Below, in pieces: positions 19,058 through 29,476 of a stretch of DNA of 64,000 nucleotides. The stretch is from a virus. Numbering within the stretch: position 1 is the first letter of the stretch; every line of letters starts with the position of its first letter. Below the pieces are notes generated by a model. The model was not told the origin of the DNA. It ran no database searches and worked only from the letters and a program-made list of their open reading frames with translations. The stretch lies in IMG/VR virus record IMGVR_UViG_3300017646_000001, positions 32,001-96,000 of that record. One strand, given 5' to 3'. Made by a program: the position numbers and the translations under genes.

Positions 19058-22000
19058 ATATTACCATCCTCTCCGACCAAGAAGGCTCCGACCTCATCCC
19101 CGACTTGCTGCAAGAGGCTGGGCTAGACCCCAACCTTGTTAATATCATGTCGTATCGTAGTCTGGGGTATAATCAGGCCACGGTGCTGGCCGATATGAAC
19201 GCCCGTGCTCACGACCTGATCATTTGTTTGGGGTCTTATGCGCTGTCCGTATTGGTTCCTGGAAGGGAAGGCGATAAGATCGGCAAACTGCGTGAAGACG
19301 AGACGATGGAGTGGCACGACATACCAGTGCGGATGTCGTACTCCACCAAGTACCTATCCAAACGTGGCGGCAAGGGCAGCCGTGATTTCCAGCTGGTGGC
19401 ACACGACATCAAGCGGTTCGCCGCCTTCAACGTCCGTGCCGAAAACAACTTCAAATACGAGCTGTTTGGCCCGAATCAAGTATACGAGTTTCTATCCAAG
19501 TTCATTGACGCGGAGCACTGTGCCCTCGACTATGAAGGTAGCTCGCTTGAGCCAACAATTGCCGACTTCCAGCTGGGCGGCATTGGCTTGGCTAGAGAGG
19601 GATACGCTGCTTACCTCTGCTTCAAGGATTTCGGCGACCTGGAATACAAGCTCAAACCTGAAGACGCTAAGCTAATCGGTAAGTTCCTCAAGATGAAGAA
19701 CGACCGGGCTAAACTAATGGTGTTCAACCTGGGATACGAGGTTCCAACTACGCGGGCCGTGTTCCACATGCACCTAGACAAAATTATCGACGTGATGCAG
19801 ATGTATCGCACACTGGACATCACAGGCGGTCTGAAGGAAATCTCCAAGTATCACTTGGGTTCGATCGGTTGGACCAAGGAAGTCGATCAATGGCGCGATG
19901 CCTTCATTGCTCTACTAGGTGCTCTTAAACCTACCAAGCTGCGTAATCAGCCCGAGTATAAGCCTCTGACTGAAGGCGGCATAGCTGCTGTGGTACAGTT
20001 CTTGCAAGACAAGGTAGAGAAAGCGCGTATTGCGGCTGAAAAAAAGGGGGAACAGCCTAAGCCTAATATCCGGGTTGATAAGCTATTAGAGCTAATTGAC
20101 CGTGTGCTTAACATGGCACGCCAGTATTACGGCGACGAAGCCGAGCAGAAGGTGACTACCTATCTGCTACACAAGTTGGAGTTGCGCGAGTATGAATGCA
20201 ACTACACCGAGATTCCCAAGGAAATCACCGGTCCGTATTGCGGCGCTGACTGCCATAATACTCTTGAGTTGTACCACAAGATACTTCCCAAGATCGTGGA
20301 ACAAAAGCTGGAGCCAGCTTTTGGTTACTACAATCGGCATATTTATCTCGGCACAGCCATGGAGCAAAACGGCATCGCTTGGGATGACACGCGCGCTTCT
20401 CAGATCGAGGCTGAGCACAATGAGGTCATGGTCGACTCGATGCGCCGTTTCTTGCTATCCGAGTCGGTGCGCCGAGCCCTACGCGTTCCGGACGGCAACG
20501 GTGGTACCCGCCCGTTAAGCAACCAGGACTTTGTGGATATTCAGTCTAGCACTGACCTGAATTTCCTCAAGGGGTATTTTAACCCCGATTCCACGGCCCC
20601 GGCGAACACCCAGCTGTTGAGCCGTATTATGGTCACGCCGCTCACTCGCATTGCTCTGATGTTGCACGAGATCGGTACTGAGTACCAATCCGACCCTGAA
20701 GGTGCAACCGAGAAGTGGCCTGCGCTGGTGGAGCTGATCAAGATGATCTACCAGACGCCACAAGACCAGCGTGGCAGACACACGCTTAAGCAATTCTTGG
20801 ACGCGTTTGCGACACTCAAGGATGGCGGGTACCTTCAAGACAAAGAGCTAGACCTGTACGCCAAGTATGCGTCCTATCACCTGCCTGACGCCAGCGGCGA
20901 CACCATCCAGACGCTGATGGACGCCTACACGATGTACACCGGAGCCGACCTTAATAAACGGGAAAGCTGGATTCCCGAGGTCGAGCCCGTTTTTTACTAT
21001 AAGTTGTTTAAGAAGACATCCAAGGCAGTATCGTCGTTCTTGAATGGCGCTGGTGGACGCAAGGCGGTGCGCATTGCTCGATACGACGCCGAATCCGACC
21101 AGTATAAGCTGCTGGCACGGTACGAAGATCGACCCCTGTCAGACGGGGAAATATATTTGTACCAACCCAGTTACGGGGTAAACCGCGCTAAAACTAAGCG
21201 CTGGACGTCGGCTTACCACGGTATACCGTCCATGTCCGAGAGCCGTCAGTGTTTTGTGTCGCGCTATGGCGACTCGGGCATCTTTATGAAGGGCGACTTC
21301 TCGCAGCACGAACTGCGTATTATCGCCGCGCTGTGCCAAGACCCAGGGTTGCAGGAAGCCTTCATTAACAATCGAGACTTGCACCGCATGGTTGCAAGCA
21401 AGATGTATGACAAGCCGGAAGACGAGGTTACCGATAACGAGCGGGCCGTGGCTAAATCGGCGAATTTCGGGATTGTGTATCTGAAGACACCCGAATCGTT
21501 CGCCATTGATTACCTTAATGGCGATGTAGAAGCCGCGCGCCGCTTGTTTGGCGTGATTTTCGACATGTTCCCATTACTGCGTGAATGGCGGGATCGTCAG
21601 ATTGCTAGCCTGCATGAGCAGATCGCGGCGCAAGGCGGTCAGTTCGTGCGCTTCCCGATCCATACCCTATGGGGCGATCCGATCTGGCACGAGTTCGATG
21701 CCACCAAAAAGATGGAACTGATCGACGCTGAGCGCTACGCCGTGAACTGGCAGGTGCAGAGCACTGCTTCCAACCTTGCTGGTCTGGCTTTGGCTGAAAC
21801 CGATGTGTTCCTCACGAGCGGTGGCTATAAGACCAAGGCTTTTGGTTTCACCCACGACTCGGAGGAATTTGATGCTCATTTGGACGAATTCTTCCTGATG
21901 CTGAACAAGGTACCGGAAATCTCGGAAAAATACCTGTTCGATCAGTTCAAGCTGCCAGTTAAGCTGGACATGGAAATGGGCATTAACCTGGGATCGTTGG

Positions 22001-22263
22001 TGGAGATTGGTCGCGTTAAGGGCAACGACTCGTTCTTCAATGCGGATGGCCACGCTCATCTGAACCTCAGTGGCGCAGTAGAAGATATGGAAGCGGCAAT
22101 CTCTCGCTTGTCCAACCGTTATGATGTACAAGTGTTGGGCGGCAGTGAAAAGGAAAAATACGACAGTTGGAGCACCGTGTTTTCCGCTAAGGGGTGTTTC
22201 TATAGCGGTATTGGTCAGACCTCCATTGTCGGCAAGCGCGAAATCCTTGTCGTTCAGCGATAA
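19054..22263 (+). CDS. Family A DNA polymerase with degenerate N-terminal UDG-like domain and 3'-5' exonuclease
   Basis: Exonuclease motifs LDYE, FNLGYE, YCGAD; polymerase motifs DFSQHELR, RAVAKSANFGIVY, NWQVQST, THDS; N-terminal IICLGSYA..KIGKLR. Confidence 0.92.
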   Translation: MNITILSDQEGSDLIPDLLQEAGLDPNLVNIMSYRSLGYNQATVLADMNARAHDLIICLGSYALSVLVPGREGDKIGKLREDETMEWHDIPVRMSYSTKYLSKRGGKGSRDFQLVAHDIKRFAAFNVRAENNFKYELFGPNQVYEFLSKFIDAEHCALDYEGSSLEPTIADFQLGGIGLAREGYAAYLCFKDFGDLEYKLKPEDAKLIGKFLKMKNDRAKLMVFNLGYEVPTTRAVFHMHLDKIIDVMQMYRTLDITGGLKEISKYHLGSIGWTKEVDQWRDAFIALLGALKPTKLRNQPEYKPLTEGGIAAVVQFLQDKVEKARIAAEKKGEQPKPNIRVDKLLELIDRVLNMARQYYGDEAEQKVTTYLLHKLELREYECNYTEIPKEITGPYCGADCHNTLELYHKILPKIVEQKLEPAFGYYNRHIYLGTAMEQNGIAWDDTRASQIEAEHNEVMVDSMRRFLLSESVRRALRVPDGNGGTRPLSNQDFVDIQSSTDLNFLKGYFNPDSTAPANTQLLSRIMVTPLTRIALMLHEIGTEYQSDPEGATEKWPALVELIKMIYQTPQDQRGRHTLKQFLDAFATLKDGGYLQDKELDLYAKYASYHLPDASGDTIQTLMDAYTMYTGADLNKRESWIPEVEPVFYYKLFKKTSKAVSSFLNGAGGRKAVRIARYDAESDQYKLLARYEDRPLSDGEIYLYQPSYGVNRAKTKRWTSAYHGIPSMSESRQCFVSRYGDSGIFMKGDFSQHELRIIAALCQDPGLQEAFINNRDLHRMVASKMYDKPEDEVTDNERAVAKSANFGIVYLKTPESFAIDYLNGDVEAARRLFGVIFDMFPLLREWRDRQIASLHEQIAAQGGQFVRFPIHTLWGDPIWHEFDATKKMELIDAERYAVNWQVQSTASNLAGLALAETDVFLTSGGYKTKAFGFTHDSEEFDAHLDEFFLMLNKVPEISEKYLFDQFKLPVKLDMEMGINLGSLVEIGRVKGNDSFFNADGHAHLNLSGAVEDMEAAISRLSNRYDVQVLGGSEKEKYDSWSTVFSAKGCFYSGIGQTSIVGKREILVVQR

Positions 22264-22280
22264 CACACAGCGAGAAATTC

Positions 22281-23582
22281 ATGACGGATAATCAGTACGT
22301 TGACTTTTACGACTTTTCGCAGCTGGTGCGAGACTTACGCGCTACAACCAAGGCCAACGAAAAGAAAGCCACCCTACAGCGGGTTAAAGAGGGCTCAGTG
22401 GCTTATAAGCTGTTGGGTATGACTTACAACCCGTTCTATACGTTCTACATGCAGAATGTGCCAGCTCCATCCGGTTCAAGCGAAGTTTTGATGGCAGAGC
22501 TGGCAGGCGTGATGGCGCTGGATCTTCTGGATTCGCTTAATCAGCGCAGCCTGTCGGGCAACGCGGCCAAGAGTGCTGTGTCCAGGTTCCTGGGCATGAT
22601 TCGCGAAGACAGCCGAGAAGCCTTCTGTCGTGTCTTGCAAAAAGACCTGAAGGCTGGGATCGGCGACAAGACCATCAATTCAGTCTTCAAAGACTACATT
22701 CCGATTTTCCCCGTTCAGCTTGCTGTAACGCTTAAGCCCGGCGTGATCGAGCAGCTGGTGTACCCAGTTATCGCCGAATATAAGTACGATGGCGAGCGCA
22801 CCGTAGTCCGTACTCGCGACGGCGCAGTCGAATACCGTTCTCGCTCTGGTTTCATGCAAGAGCACTTGCTGGGTCAGTTTGACGAAGACGTACAAGCTCT
22901 GCGACTGCTGGTGGGTGAAGACATTGTGATCGACGCTGAAGTTATGTCGTCTTCCTTCCGCGCGCTGGCCAAAAGTCGAGGCGCTAATGCGGATAAAAGC
23001 GGTCTGACGTTGGTGGCGTTTGACATTATGCCAGCATCCAGTTGGGATCGGCGTGAATCCAGCCCGCAAGCCCAACGTTCTCAGTTTCTCAGCCAGTTGA
23101 TCTCCAACTCTCGGCTGCAGCGCGTCGTGCGGTCTGACATGCGGATCGTGAATAATGCAGTTGAGCTGCAGGCGTACTACGATGAAGCCATTGGTCTAGG
23201 CCTGGAAGGCCTCATGATCAAGTCCATGCATGACGCCTACCAGTTCAAACGGGCCAATAACTGGTGGAAGTGGAAGCCGGTTAATCCAATTGACCTGTGC
23301 TTCGAAGATTTCGTAGAAGGCCTGCCTGGTACCCGGTTTGTGGGATCGATGGGCGCGGCCGTGATGAGCGGGTACACTGACGACGGTCGGTTCGTGCGCA
23401 CCAACGTCAACTCTGGGTTTCCGGATAGCCTGCGCCAAGAAATTTGGAATAATCGCGAAGCGTGGCGCGGCAAGTGCGGCGAAGTGTTGTACGACTGCTT
23501 GACTCAGAATGAGCAAGATGCCGAAGTCTGGAGTCTGCGTTTTCCGCGTTGGAGCAAGCTCCGGTCTGACAAGACGGCATGA
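22281..23582 (+). CDS. ATP-dependent DNA ligase
   Basis: EYKYDGER, IDAEV, AFDI, EGLMIK, WWKWK, SLRFPRW. Confidence 0.95.
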   Translation: MTDNQYVDFYDFSQLVRDLRATTKANEKKATLQRVKEGSVAYKLLGMTYNPFYTFYMQNVPAPSGSSEVLMAELAGVMALDLLDSLNQRSLSGNAAKSAVSRFLGMIREDSREAFCRVLQKDLKAGIGDKTINSVFKDYIPIFPVQLAVTLKPGVIEQLVYPVIAEYKYDGERTVVRTRDGAVEYRSRSGFMQEHLLGQFDEDVQALRLLVGEDIVIDAEVMSSSFRALAKSRGANADKSGLTLVAFDIMPASSWDRRESSPQAQRSQFLSQLISNSRLQRVVRSDMRIVNNAVELQAYYDEAIGLGLEGLMIKSMHDAYQFKRANNWWKWKPVNPIDLCFEDFVEGLPGTRFVGSMGAAVMSGYTDDGRFVRTNVNSGFPDSLRQEIWNNREAWRGKCGEVLYDCLTQNEQDAEVWSLRFPRWSKLRSDKTA

Positions 23583-23624
23583 TCACTATTTTCATTAGTG
23601 ATAACCCAGCTCGTCGGAGATACC

Positions 23625-24110
23625 ATGGCTAGCGCAGCACCCAAAAAGACTACTGCTTCTAAACCCGTCGCTAAAAAGAAACCCATCAATTCCCGCGCTC
23701 GCGGTCTGAGAGGCGAGCGGGAGTTGAAAAACATGTTGATCGAGTCGTTCCCTGAGTATGCAGATAAGATACGACGGAACCAGGATCAAAGTGAGCGCGG
23801 CGGACATGATTTATTCGGGCTCCCAGGTTTTGCTCCCGAGTGCAAGAACGTCAACGATGTGCGGTTTTTTATCGTCCCGTTCTGGAAACAAACTGTGGAT
23901 CAGGCTGAGCGCGAAGATTGTATTCCTGTCCTTTTCAGGAAGCGCGATTTTCGTGGGTGGACGGTTTATATCCACCTTAAACATCTGTCTCCGGCTGTAT
24001 TTGGCGAATCGCTGGTACGCGACGTATCGCTCGTGGCTCAAATCAGCTACGACGCTTTCGTTCTTTGGGCGCGTGAGTACATTCGACAACGCGCTTCTCT
24101 TTCCAATTAA
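23625..24110 (+). CDS. Holliday junction resolvase (Hjc-type PD-(D/E)XK)
   Basis: SRARGLRGERE, GGHDL, ECKN. Start moved to the ATG after a GGAGA RBS. Confidence 0.8.
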   Translation: MASAAPKKTTASKPVAKKKPINSRARGLRGERELKNMLIESFPEYADKIRRNQDQSERGGHDLFGLPGFAPECKNVNDVRFFIVPFWKQTVDQAEREDCIPVLFRKRDFRGWTVYIHLKHLSPAVFGESLVRDVSLVAQISYDAFVLWAREYIRQRASLSN

Positions 24111-24137
24111 AACACACCACAGCAGGAATTATCTGGT

Positions 24138-25484
24138 ATGTCTACGCCCGTAGAGCGGTCGATTATTAGTTATTTGATGCACCCCGAAATCCGGGACATC
24201 ACGATCGGGTACTTCGCTGATTACATGTTCCAAACCCCATACTTAGCCGCCATGTGCAACGTGCTGGGTCGGGAAGAATATCGTGGGCAAGTGCCTAACG
24301 TCAACAGCTTCGTACTCAATCTGCATCAAACGCAAGATTTAGACGAAGAAGGCCTGGAGTTCGCTGCTGCACTAGCAATTGAATTTACGCAGTCTCGCGA
24401 CCGTGCACCAACTAAAACCGAAATCGAGTCTGCTATCAGCCAGATCGAGTCGTTCATTCGGGACCGAATGATCGATTACGGCATGGAGAAAATCGCTACG
24501 GCCGGTTCTAGTTCTTCCCAGGCGCACGCCGGTCGAGAAGTGCTGTCTCAGGCGCTCAACTTCGCGATTTCCACCGATCTGTTCTACGACTTTTCAGACC
24601 CACAGATGATCTTGGAGGCCCGCAATGCGGACTTCCCAGCCGGCGGCGTTGTAATCAAGAGCCATTTCTCGCTGGTGAACAAAAGCTCGTCTATTAAGGG
24701 CTACAAGTATGGCGACTTGGTTGCCGTAGTGGCTAAGCCTGGCGTGGGCAAGTCCACTGGCATGGTGGACGAAGGCGCATACGCCATTCAACAGGGGTTC
24801 CGCGTCTGCCACCTGTTCTTGGGCGATATGTCCGAATACGACGGCTTCGTCAAGTACATGTCGTATTGGACCGGTGCGAGCAGCGATGAGCTGATTAACG
24901 AGGGGCACGACGCGCACTGGAGCCCCGAAGTTGCTGATAACTTCAGTCGTCTGCGTGTTAAAGCCCTGCCTGCCGACCAGTATGACATTTATCAGATCAT
25001 TGCCAAGCTGAATCAAATTCGGCGTTCCTTCAAGTTTGATATGGTGATCATCGACTACGACGCCAATATCAAAAGCCAAAACTCGGACAACATGTACGGT
25101 GAAGGCGGTAATATTTACGCCAACCTTAAAAGCTACGGCAAGGGCAAGTGCGTAGTTATGATTGGTTCCCAAGCTAAAACCGTATATTGGGACCTCGAAA
25201 TCTTGCCCATGGATGCGCCGGCCGAAAGCTCGAAGAAGGGTCACCACGTCGATATCATGCTCACCATCGGCCGCAATAAAGTGTGCCCGCACTTGGGCAC
25301 GATCAATATCGCCAAAATGCGGCGCGGCCAGGCCGAGCGACAGATGCGACTACATTTTGACTATGCCAAGTGTCGTATGCGCGAAATCGGCCCGTTAAAG
25401 TACGATGAAATGCTGATTGCGCACAAGACTAAGTCAGCCCAGTCCGAAGCGGCTGGCATATACGACGAACCTTCTGACGAATAA
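24138..25484 (+). CDS. DnaB-like replicative helicase
   Basis: AKPGVGKST, IIDYD, GSQ, AESSKK, AKMRRG. Confidence 0.85.
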   Translation: MSTPVERSIISYLMHPEIRDITIGYFADYMFQTPYLAAMCNVLGREEYRGQVPNVNSFVLNLHQTQDLDEEGLEFAAALAIEFTQSRDRAPTKTEIESAISQIESFIRDRMIDYGMEKIATAGSSSSQAHAGREVLSQALNFAISTDLFYDFSDPQMILEARNADFPAGGVVIKSHFSLVNKSSSIKGYKYGDLVAVVAKPGVGKSTGMVDEGAYAIQQGFRVCHLFLGDMSEYDGFVKYMSYWTGASSDELINEGHDAHWSPEVADNFSRLRVKALPADQYDIYQIIAKLNQIRRSFKFDMVIIDYDANIKSQNSDNMYGEGGNIYANLKSYGKGKCVVMIGSQAKTVYWDLEILPMDAPAESSKKGHHVDIMLTIGRNKVCPHLGTINIAKMRRGQAERQMRLHFDYAKCRMREIGPLKYDEMLIAHKTKSAQSEAAGIYDEPSDE

Positions 25485-25565
25485 TTCCGTTGTATGACGA
25501 ATTGTCCATATAATGGTTTCAATGAACTTAAATTTTAACGAATCGTATCGAGTTGTAACAAATAG

Positions 25566-25595
25566 TTGCGTCTTTTTTTAAATTCGTGTTATAAT
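25566..25595 (+). promoter_or_regulatory. Sigma70-type promoter with extended -10
   Basis: TTGCGT-N18-TATAAT with TGT before the -10, in an AT-rich gap. Confidence 0.7.
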
Positions 25596-25606
25596 GTAAA
25601 AAGGAC

Positions 25607-25906
25607 GTGCTGTCCTTTGCTCTGGATGATTTTATGAATATGCACTCCATTATCGCCCGCACATGCGACGTCCCAGAGGAGGTGGTGCAGCAAGTCCTGC
25701 TGGCCCAGACTCAGTACGCCGCTGTGCATGCCGTGTTCAGCGGGCCGGTACAAACCCCGTTTGGCAAGATTGCCTTTACTGACGGGAAGCTGTCCATCAT
25801 CGAGCAGAACCCCGAGTTCTTGTGTCTCACGCAATCCAAGTTCGATCAGGTGGAATTTATGGAGCGCATGGGGCAAATTTTGCTCTCTAACCGATCGGAG
25901 AGCTAG
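25607..25906 (+). CDS. Hypothetical protein, weak HU/IHF-like pattern
   Basis: IIARTCDVPEEVVQQVL...VQTPFGKI. Confidence 0.45.
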   Translation: MLSFALDDFMNMHSIIARTCDVPEEVVQQVLLAQTQYAAVHAVFSGPVQTPFGKIAFTDGKLSIIEQNPEFLCLTQSKFDQVEFMERMGQILLSNRSES

Positions 25907-25907
25907 C

Positions 25908-26609
25908 ATGACAGCCGAGCTCCCAGTCAAAAAGCCGGCTAGAAAGCCTTCAGAAAACAAGCCACATGAAAACCGAATACGCGAACTGTGTATTCAGCTC
26001 AAGACCGAAACTCGCCCCGCGCACCGGTCTGCCATCGAGCGCGAAATTTATAAAAACCTGCATATTCTAACCAAGAATATTGCCATCAAAAAGTACGGTA
26101 AGGGCAGCCGCATCGATATCGACGATATCGTGCACTCTGTGGCCACTTCCGCCATCATGACCGTGGTGTTGCGCGACAAGGAAGTCCATTCCTGGGTGCA
26201 TCTAATCCGCAAAATGACCTTCGACTGGGCCAATAAGTGGATGAAGACCAACTTGTATGGGCGCGATAAGGATAATGTGTCCTTCTCCGAGCCAGGCGAA
26301 GATGGAGAAGACGACGATCGTGGGTTCGGGTTCTATTACCACGATATGGATACCCGCGTCACCAGTTCTTATCTGTCGTACGTGCGCGGCCAGGTGCGTA
26401 AACTGGCCGATCAAATAAATGAACTGCAGGGCCCACGCGGTAGTATTATCAGCCATCTAGCCCTACACCACGTGCTGTACGGCGACCACCCGCTCATGAT
26501 TCTTTTGCCGGTTGCTCAGCGCAACCGAGTGCGGTTTTACTCGTATCAATTCCGGCAGATTATTTCGCCCGTTCTTAATCACAATCATTTCGCCAAGGAA
26601 TTCCTATGA
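25908..26609 (+). CDS. Putative phage sigma factor (region 2-like)
   Basis: DIDDIVHSV...SWVHLIRK..F pattern. Start set at the ATG after GGAGAG. Confidence 0.45.
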   Translation: MTAELPVKKPARKPSENKPHENRIRELCIQLKTETRPAHRSAIEREIYKNLHILTKNIAIKKYGKGSRIDIDDIVHSVATSAIMTVVLRDKEVHSWVHLIRKMTFDWANKWMKTNLYGRDKDNVSFSEPGEDGEDDDRGFGFYYHDMDTRVTSSYLSYVRGQVRKLADQINELQGPRGSIISHLALHHVLYGDHPLMILLPVAQRNRVRFYSYQFRQIISPVLNHNHFAKEFL

Positions 26610-26992
26610 GCTTCAAACCGCACCTACCCGCAGACTTGCACGAGCGAGCAGAATTTTTTGCCACCGCTCTCTCCGTGTTCCTCAGTCGCAACGACAAGGC
26701 CATCCTGCCTGAAGTATTGTACTTCCTCAACCCGGATCAAGTGCTTACCCTGATCAATACTTTCGGTGGTACCTCGGTCAAAATACCGACCATGAAAGAA
26801 TTCGGAGAAGACCTGATCACCACCTTGGTCATCTTTTACCACGAAGTACGCGGCATGTCATACGACGAAATTCAACGTCGACTGGATATTCCTCAGGCGC
26901 GTTGGGAAGCCGTCATGCGCAAAACCGAGGTATGGAAAGAATTCGTCAAAGACGAACTGGTGTTGAACCGCGACCGGATGAAAGCAGCATGA
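26606..26992 (+). CDS. Mor/C-like transcriptional activator
   Basis: LINTFGGTSVKIP followed by HTH RGMSYDEIQRRLDI. Confidence 0.55.
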   Translation: MSFKPHLPADLHERAEFFATALSVFLSRNDKAILPEVLYFLNPDQVLTLINTFGGTSVKIPTMKEFGEDLITTLVIFYHEVRGMSYDEIQRRLDIPQARWEAVMRKTEVWKEFVKDELVLNRDRMKAA

Positions 26993-27486
26993 GCGATCCT
27001 ATCCAATACCACGATACTGAAAAAGAAGCTATGATGCTGGCCGTGGAGGGTACGTCTCACCGACTACCCGATCTTGCCGCGCTGGCTCAGTCCTTCTTAC
27101 ATCGCCGCATGGCTAACGCCAACACTATGGAGCGCGCCAAGCTACAGGCGTTAAACCTGTTGCTCGATAAGATGGAGAACGAACCCGATAAAATCTCGGC
27201 CACCAAGCTGCTGGAGATTATCGAAACTATTTCCACTCATACCGGCTCCGATCTCAAAACCATCATGGACACCCAGGTTGCCCTAGCCAATGCGGGGGGT
27301 AAGTCTGGCTCAAATCAGCCGGCTCCAGGTTTAATGACTGGCCTGTTCGGTGGAGGACAATCTACGCCAGCTCAACCCGTGCACCCTGTTAGCCGAGAAA
27401 CCTACAAGCTGTTGGATGGCTTAAATCAGGTGGCTGAAAACGTGGTGGCCCGAGCGCAGAGTGGCGTTGTAGAAGCTGGCACGTAA
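26989..27486 (+). CDS. Putative terminase small subunit
   Basis: Helical protein directly upstream of the large terminase; ATGA coupling. Confidence 0.45.
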   Translation: MSDPIQYHDTEKEAMMLAVEGTSHRLPDLAALAQSFLHRRMANANTMERAKLQALNLLLDKMENEPDKISATKLLEIIETISTHTGSDLKTIMDTQVALANAGGKSGSNQPAPGLMTGLFGGGQSTPAQPVHPVSRETYKLLDGLNQVAENVVARAQSGVVEAGT

Positions 27487-27496
27487 AGTCGTACTT

Positions 27497-29434
27497 ATGA
27501 TCCTCAACGAGTTACAACAGGAACAGCATAAAGCCGCCATGGAGCGGCTTTACAATTCTCCTGAGTACCGAGAACTAGAGCGCCAAATCTCGGTTAACAA
27601 CCCGCGCATTCAAAATCTTAAGCCGGCGGTCCGGCTTACTGCCATATATTTGCTCAAGTATGGCGGTGAGTTCATGGTGGATGATCTATGGCGGCTGTTT
27701 TATAAGCGTCGTCCTCCTACTATCGAGGAATACCTGTCGCCTAAGGTGCTGCCCGAAACAAACCAAATCTTGTACCCCAAGTGGCGGCAAGAGGCCCATG
27801 AGATTTTTGCTACGGGTTCTACCTTCTTTGAGGTTGTCATCGGAGGGGCCATTGGAGGCGGCAAATCGACATTTGCCACCATTTTGCATTTGTACAACCT
27901 GATTCGTGTAGCCCTATTACTCAATCCACACGCCACTCTGGGTTCGGCTCCAAACAAGACGTTAATTTTATCGCTCTTTACGATTACTCTGCCAAAAGCG
28001 CGTAAAGCGTTGGTAGAGCCATTCCTTGCACTAATGAAGGAATGTGAGGAATACTTCGAGTATGTTGAGGACCGCCGCGAATGCAAGGCCGGCTTTCCCT
28101 CGTTTGCTAACTCGGACAAAATTCCTTTTTACGACAACAATACCGAAATTATCCTGCCTAAGTCGGTCAACGTGATGCTGGGTTCCCAGACCACGCACGC
28201 GTTGTCGTTTGATATGTTTGGGGCTTTCCTGGACGAGGCCGAATTTCGAGGCGATGCAGGCGGGGCTGAAAAAGCCATGGAAGTGTGGAACTCGTTGCGC
28301 ACTCGCGTAACGTCTCGCTTCTTGGATTCCCGTTTTACGTTCGTATCACTCGTATCGTCTGCGCGATACGCGACCGGGGTGATGGCGACTTATACCAAGT
28401 CCATCTCACCCGACTCTAAGGTTTCCAAATACTTGTCGTATCCCATTTGGGAAATCAAGAGTTTCGATTCCTACAAACAGGGCCATTTCTATATCCTGCG
28501 TGGTAATTCGGCTAACCCTAGCCGCATGCTAGAGGTAGAGCATGACAGCATCGAAGCTGGACAGTATGTGGTTCCAGAAGGATGCGAGGTAGTCAAGGTA
28601 CCTAAGGTTTACTACCGCGAGTTCAAGTTCGACTTAGAGAACTCTATTCGCGACCTAGCAGGGATGCAAACGCTTAATGCGGACTTCCCGTTCCAGAAAA
28701 CCTCGCATATTGAAGCCCCATTCCTGACTCCTGAATTTGTGATTCAGGCTCCGTTGGGCGAAGGTATCCCACTCATTAACAAGCTACCGGAGCAGCTGTT
28801 CACTGAAACCCCCTCCGGGTTGCGTTTGGCGCGATACGGGTCGGTATACCGATATGCCCACGTGGACTTAGCCGAAGCTAACGTGGCGGGCTTGACTATA
28901 TCGCACAAAGAAAGCTATAAAGGGCGCACGGTCTACGTAGTGGACCTTACATGCGAAATTAAGTCGCCTACTCGTATTGACATCAACGCGATTGAACAGC
29001 TATTAATCGACTTGCACCATCAACGCGGAGTGTTATTTCATACCATTACCGCTGACCAGTACCAGTCTACTGCCATGAGACAGCGGCTGGAAGTCCTAGG
29101 TGTAGCGCAGAAGGTAGAGCTGCTGTCGGTTGATAAGACTCTGGTTCCCATAGGCGACGTAGCGCGCCTTGTGATAGAAGACCGCCTGAAAATAGGCCCG
29201 TGTCCACATTTACGCGAGCAGATGGAACAGCTGCGCGTAGACCCCGCCGCGTCGGCTAAAAAGGTAATACGTGGCCCCGCTGGTAAGGACCAATTTGACT
29301 CCATGGTAGGGTCTATTACTAACGCTATCGCGAACATCGAAGACGTGCCTAGCGTGGAATATGAAGAGCTAAGCACAGACGAAAAATTATCTGCACGCTT
29401 AGAGTCTGTGTTTGACGGGTTAAACCTGATTTGA
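27497..29434 (+). CDS. terL: Terminase large subunit
   Basis: GAIGGGKST Walker A, FLDEAE Walker B, VSS coupling motif; nuclease motifs HVDLA, TADQYQS, DQFDS. Confidence 0.85.
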   Translation: MILNELQQEQHKAAMERLYNSPEYRELERQISVNNPRIQNLKPAVRLTAIYLLKYGGEFMVDDLWRLFYKRRPPTIEEYLSPKVLPETNQILYPKWRQEAHEIFATGSTFFEVVIGGAIGGGKSTFATILHLYNLIRVALLLNPHATLGSAPNKTLILSLFTITLPKARKALVEPFLALMKECEEYFEYVEDRRECKAGFPSFANSDKIPFYDNNTEIILPKSVNVMLGSQTTHALSFDMFGAFLDEAEFRGDAGGAEKAMEVWNSLRTRVTSRFLDSRFTFVSLVSSARYATGVMATYTKSISPDSKVSKYLSYPIWEIKSFDSYKQGHFYILRGNSANPSRMLEVEHDSIEAGQYVVPEGCEVVKVPKVYYREFKFDLENSIRDLAGMQTLNADFPFQKTSHIEAPFLTPEFVIQAPLGEGIPLINKLPEQLFTETPSGLRLARYGSVYRYAHVDLAEANVAGLTISHKESYKGRTVYVVDLTCEIKSPTRIDINAIEQLLIDLHHQRGVLFHTITADQYQSTAMRQRLEVLGVAQKVELLSVDKTLVPIGDVARLVIEDRLKIGPCPHLREQMEQLRVDPAASAKKVIRGPAGKDQFDSMVGSITNAIANIEDVPSVEYEELSTDEKLSARLESVFDGLNLI

Positions 29435-29476
29435 CGACCGTTATATAATTTTGGTCCAATTTCATAGGGATACACC

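Noticed and set aside
19054-22263. Intein or intron in the oversized DNA polymerase
   Set aside because: No C...HN-[CST] splice junctions or LAGLIDADG motifs, and the frame is uninterrupted.
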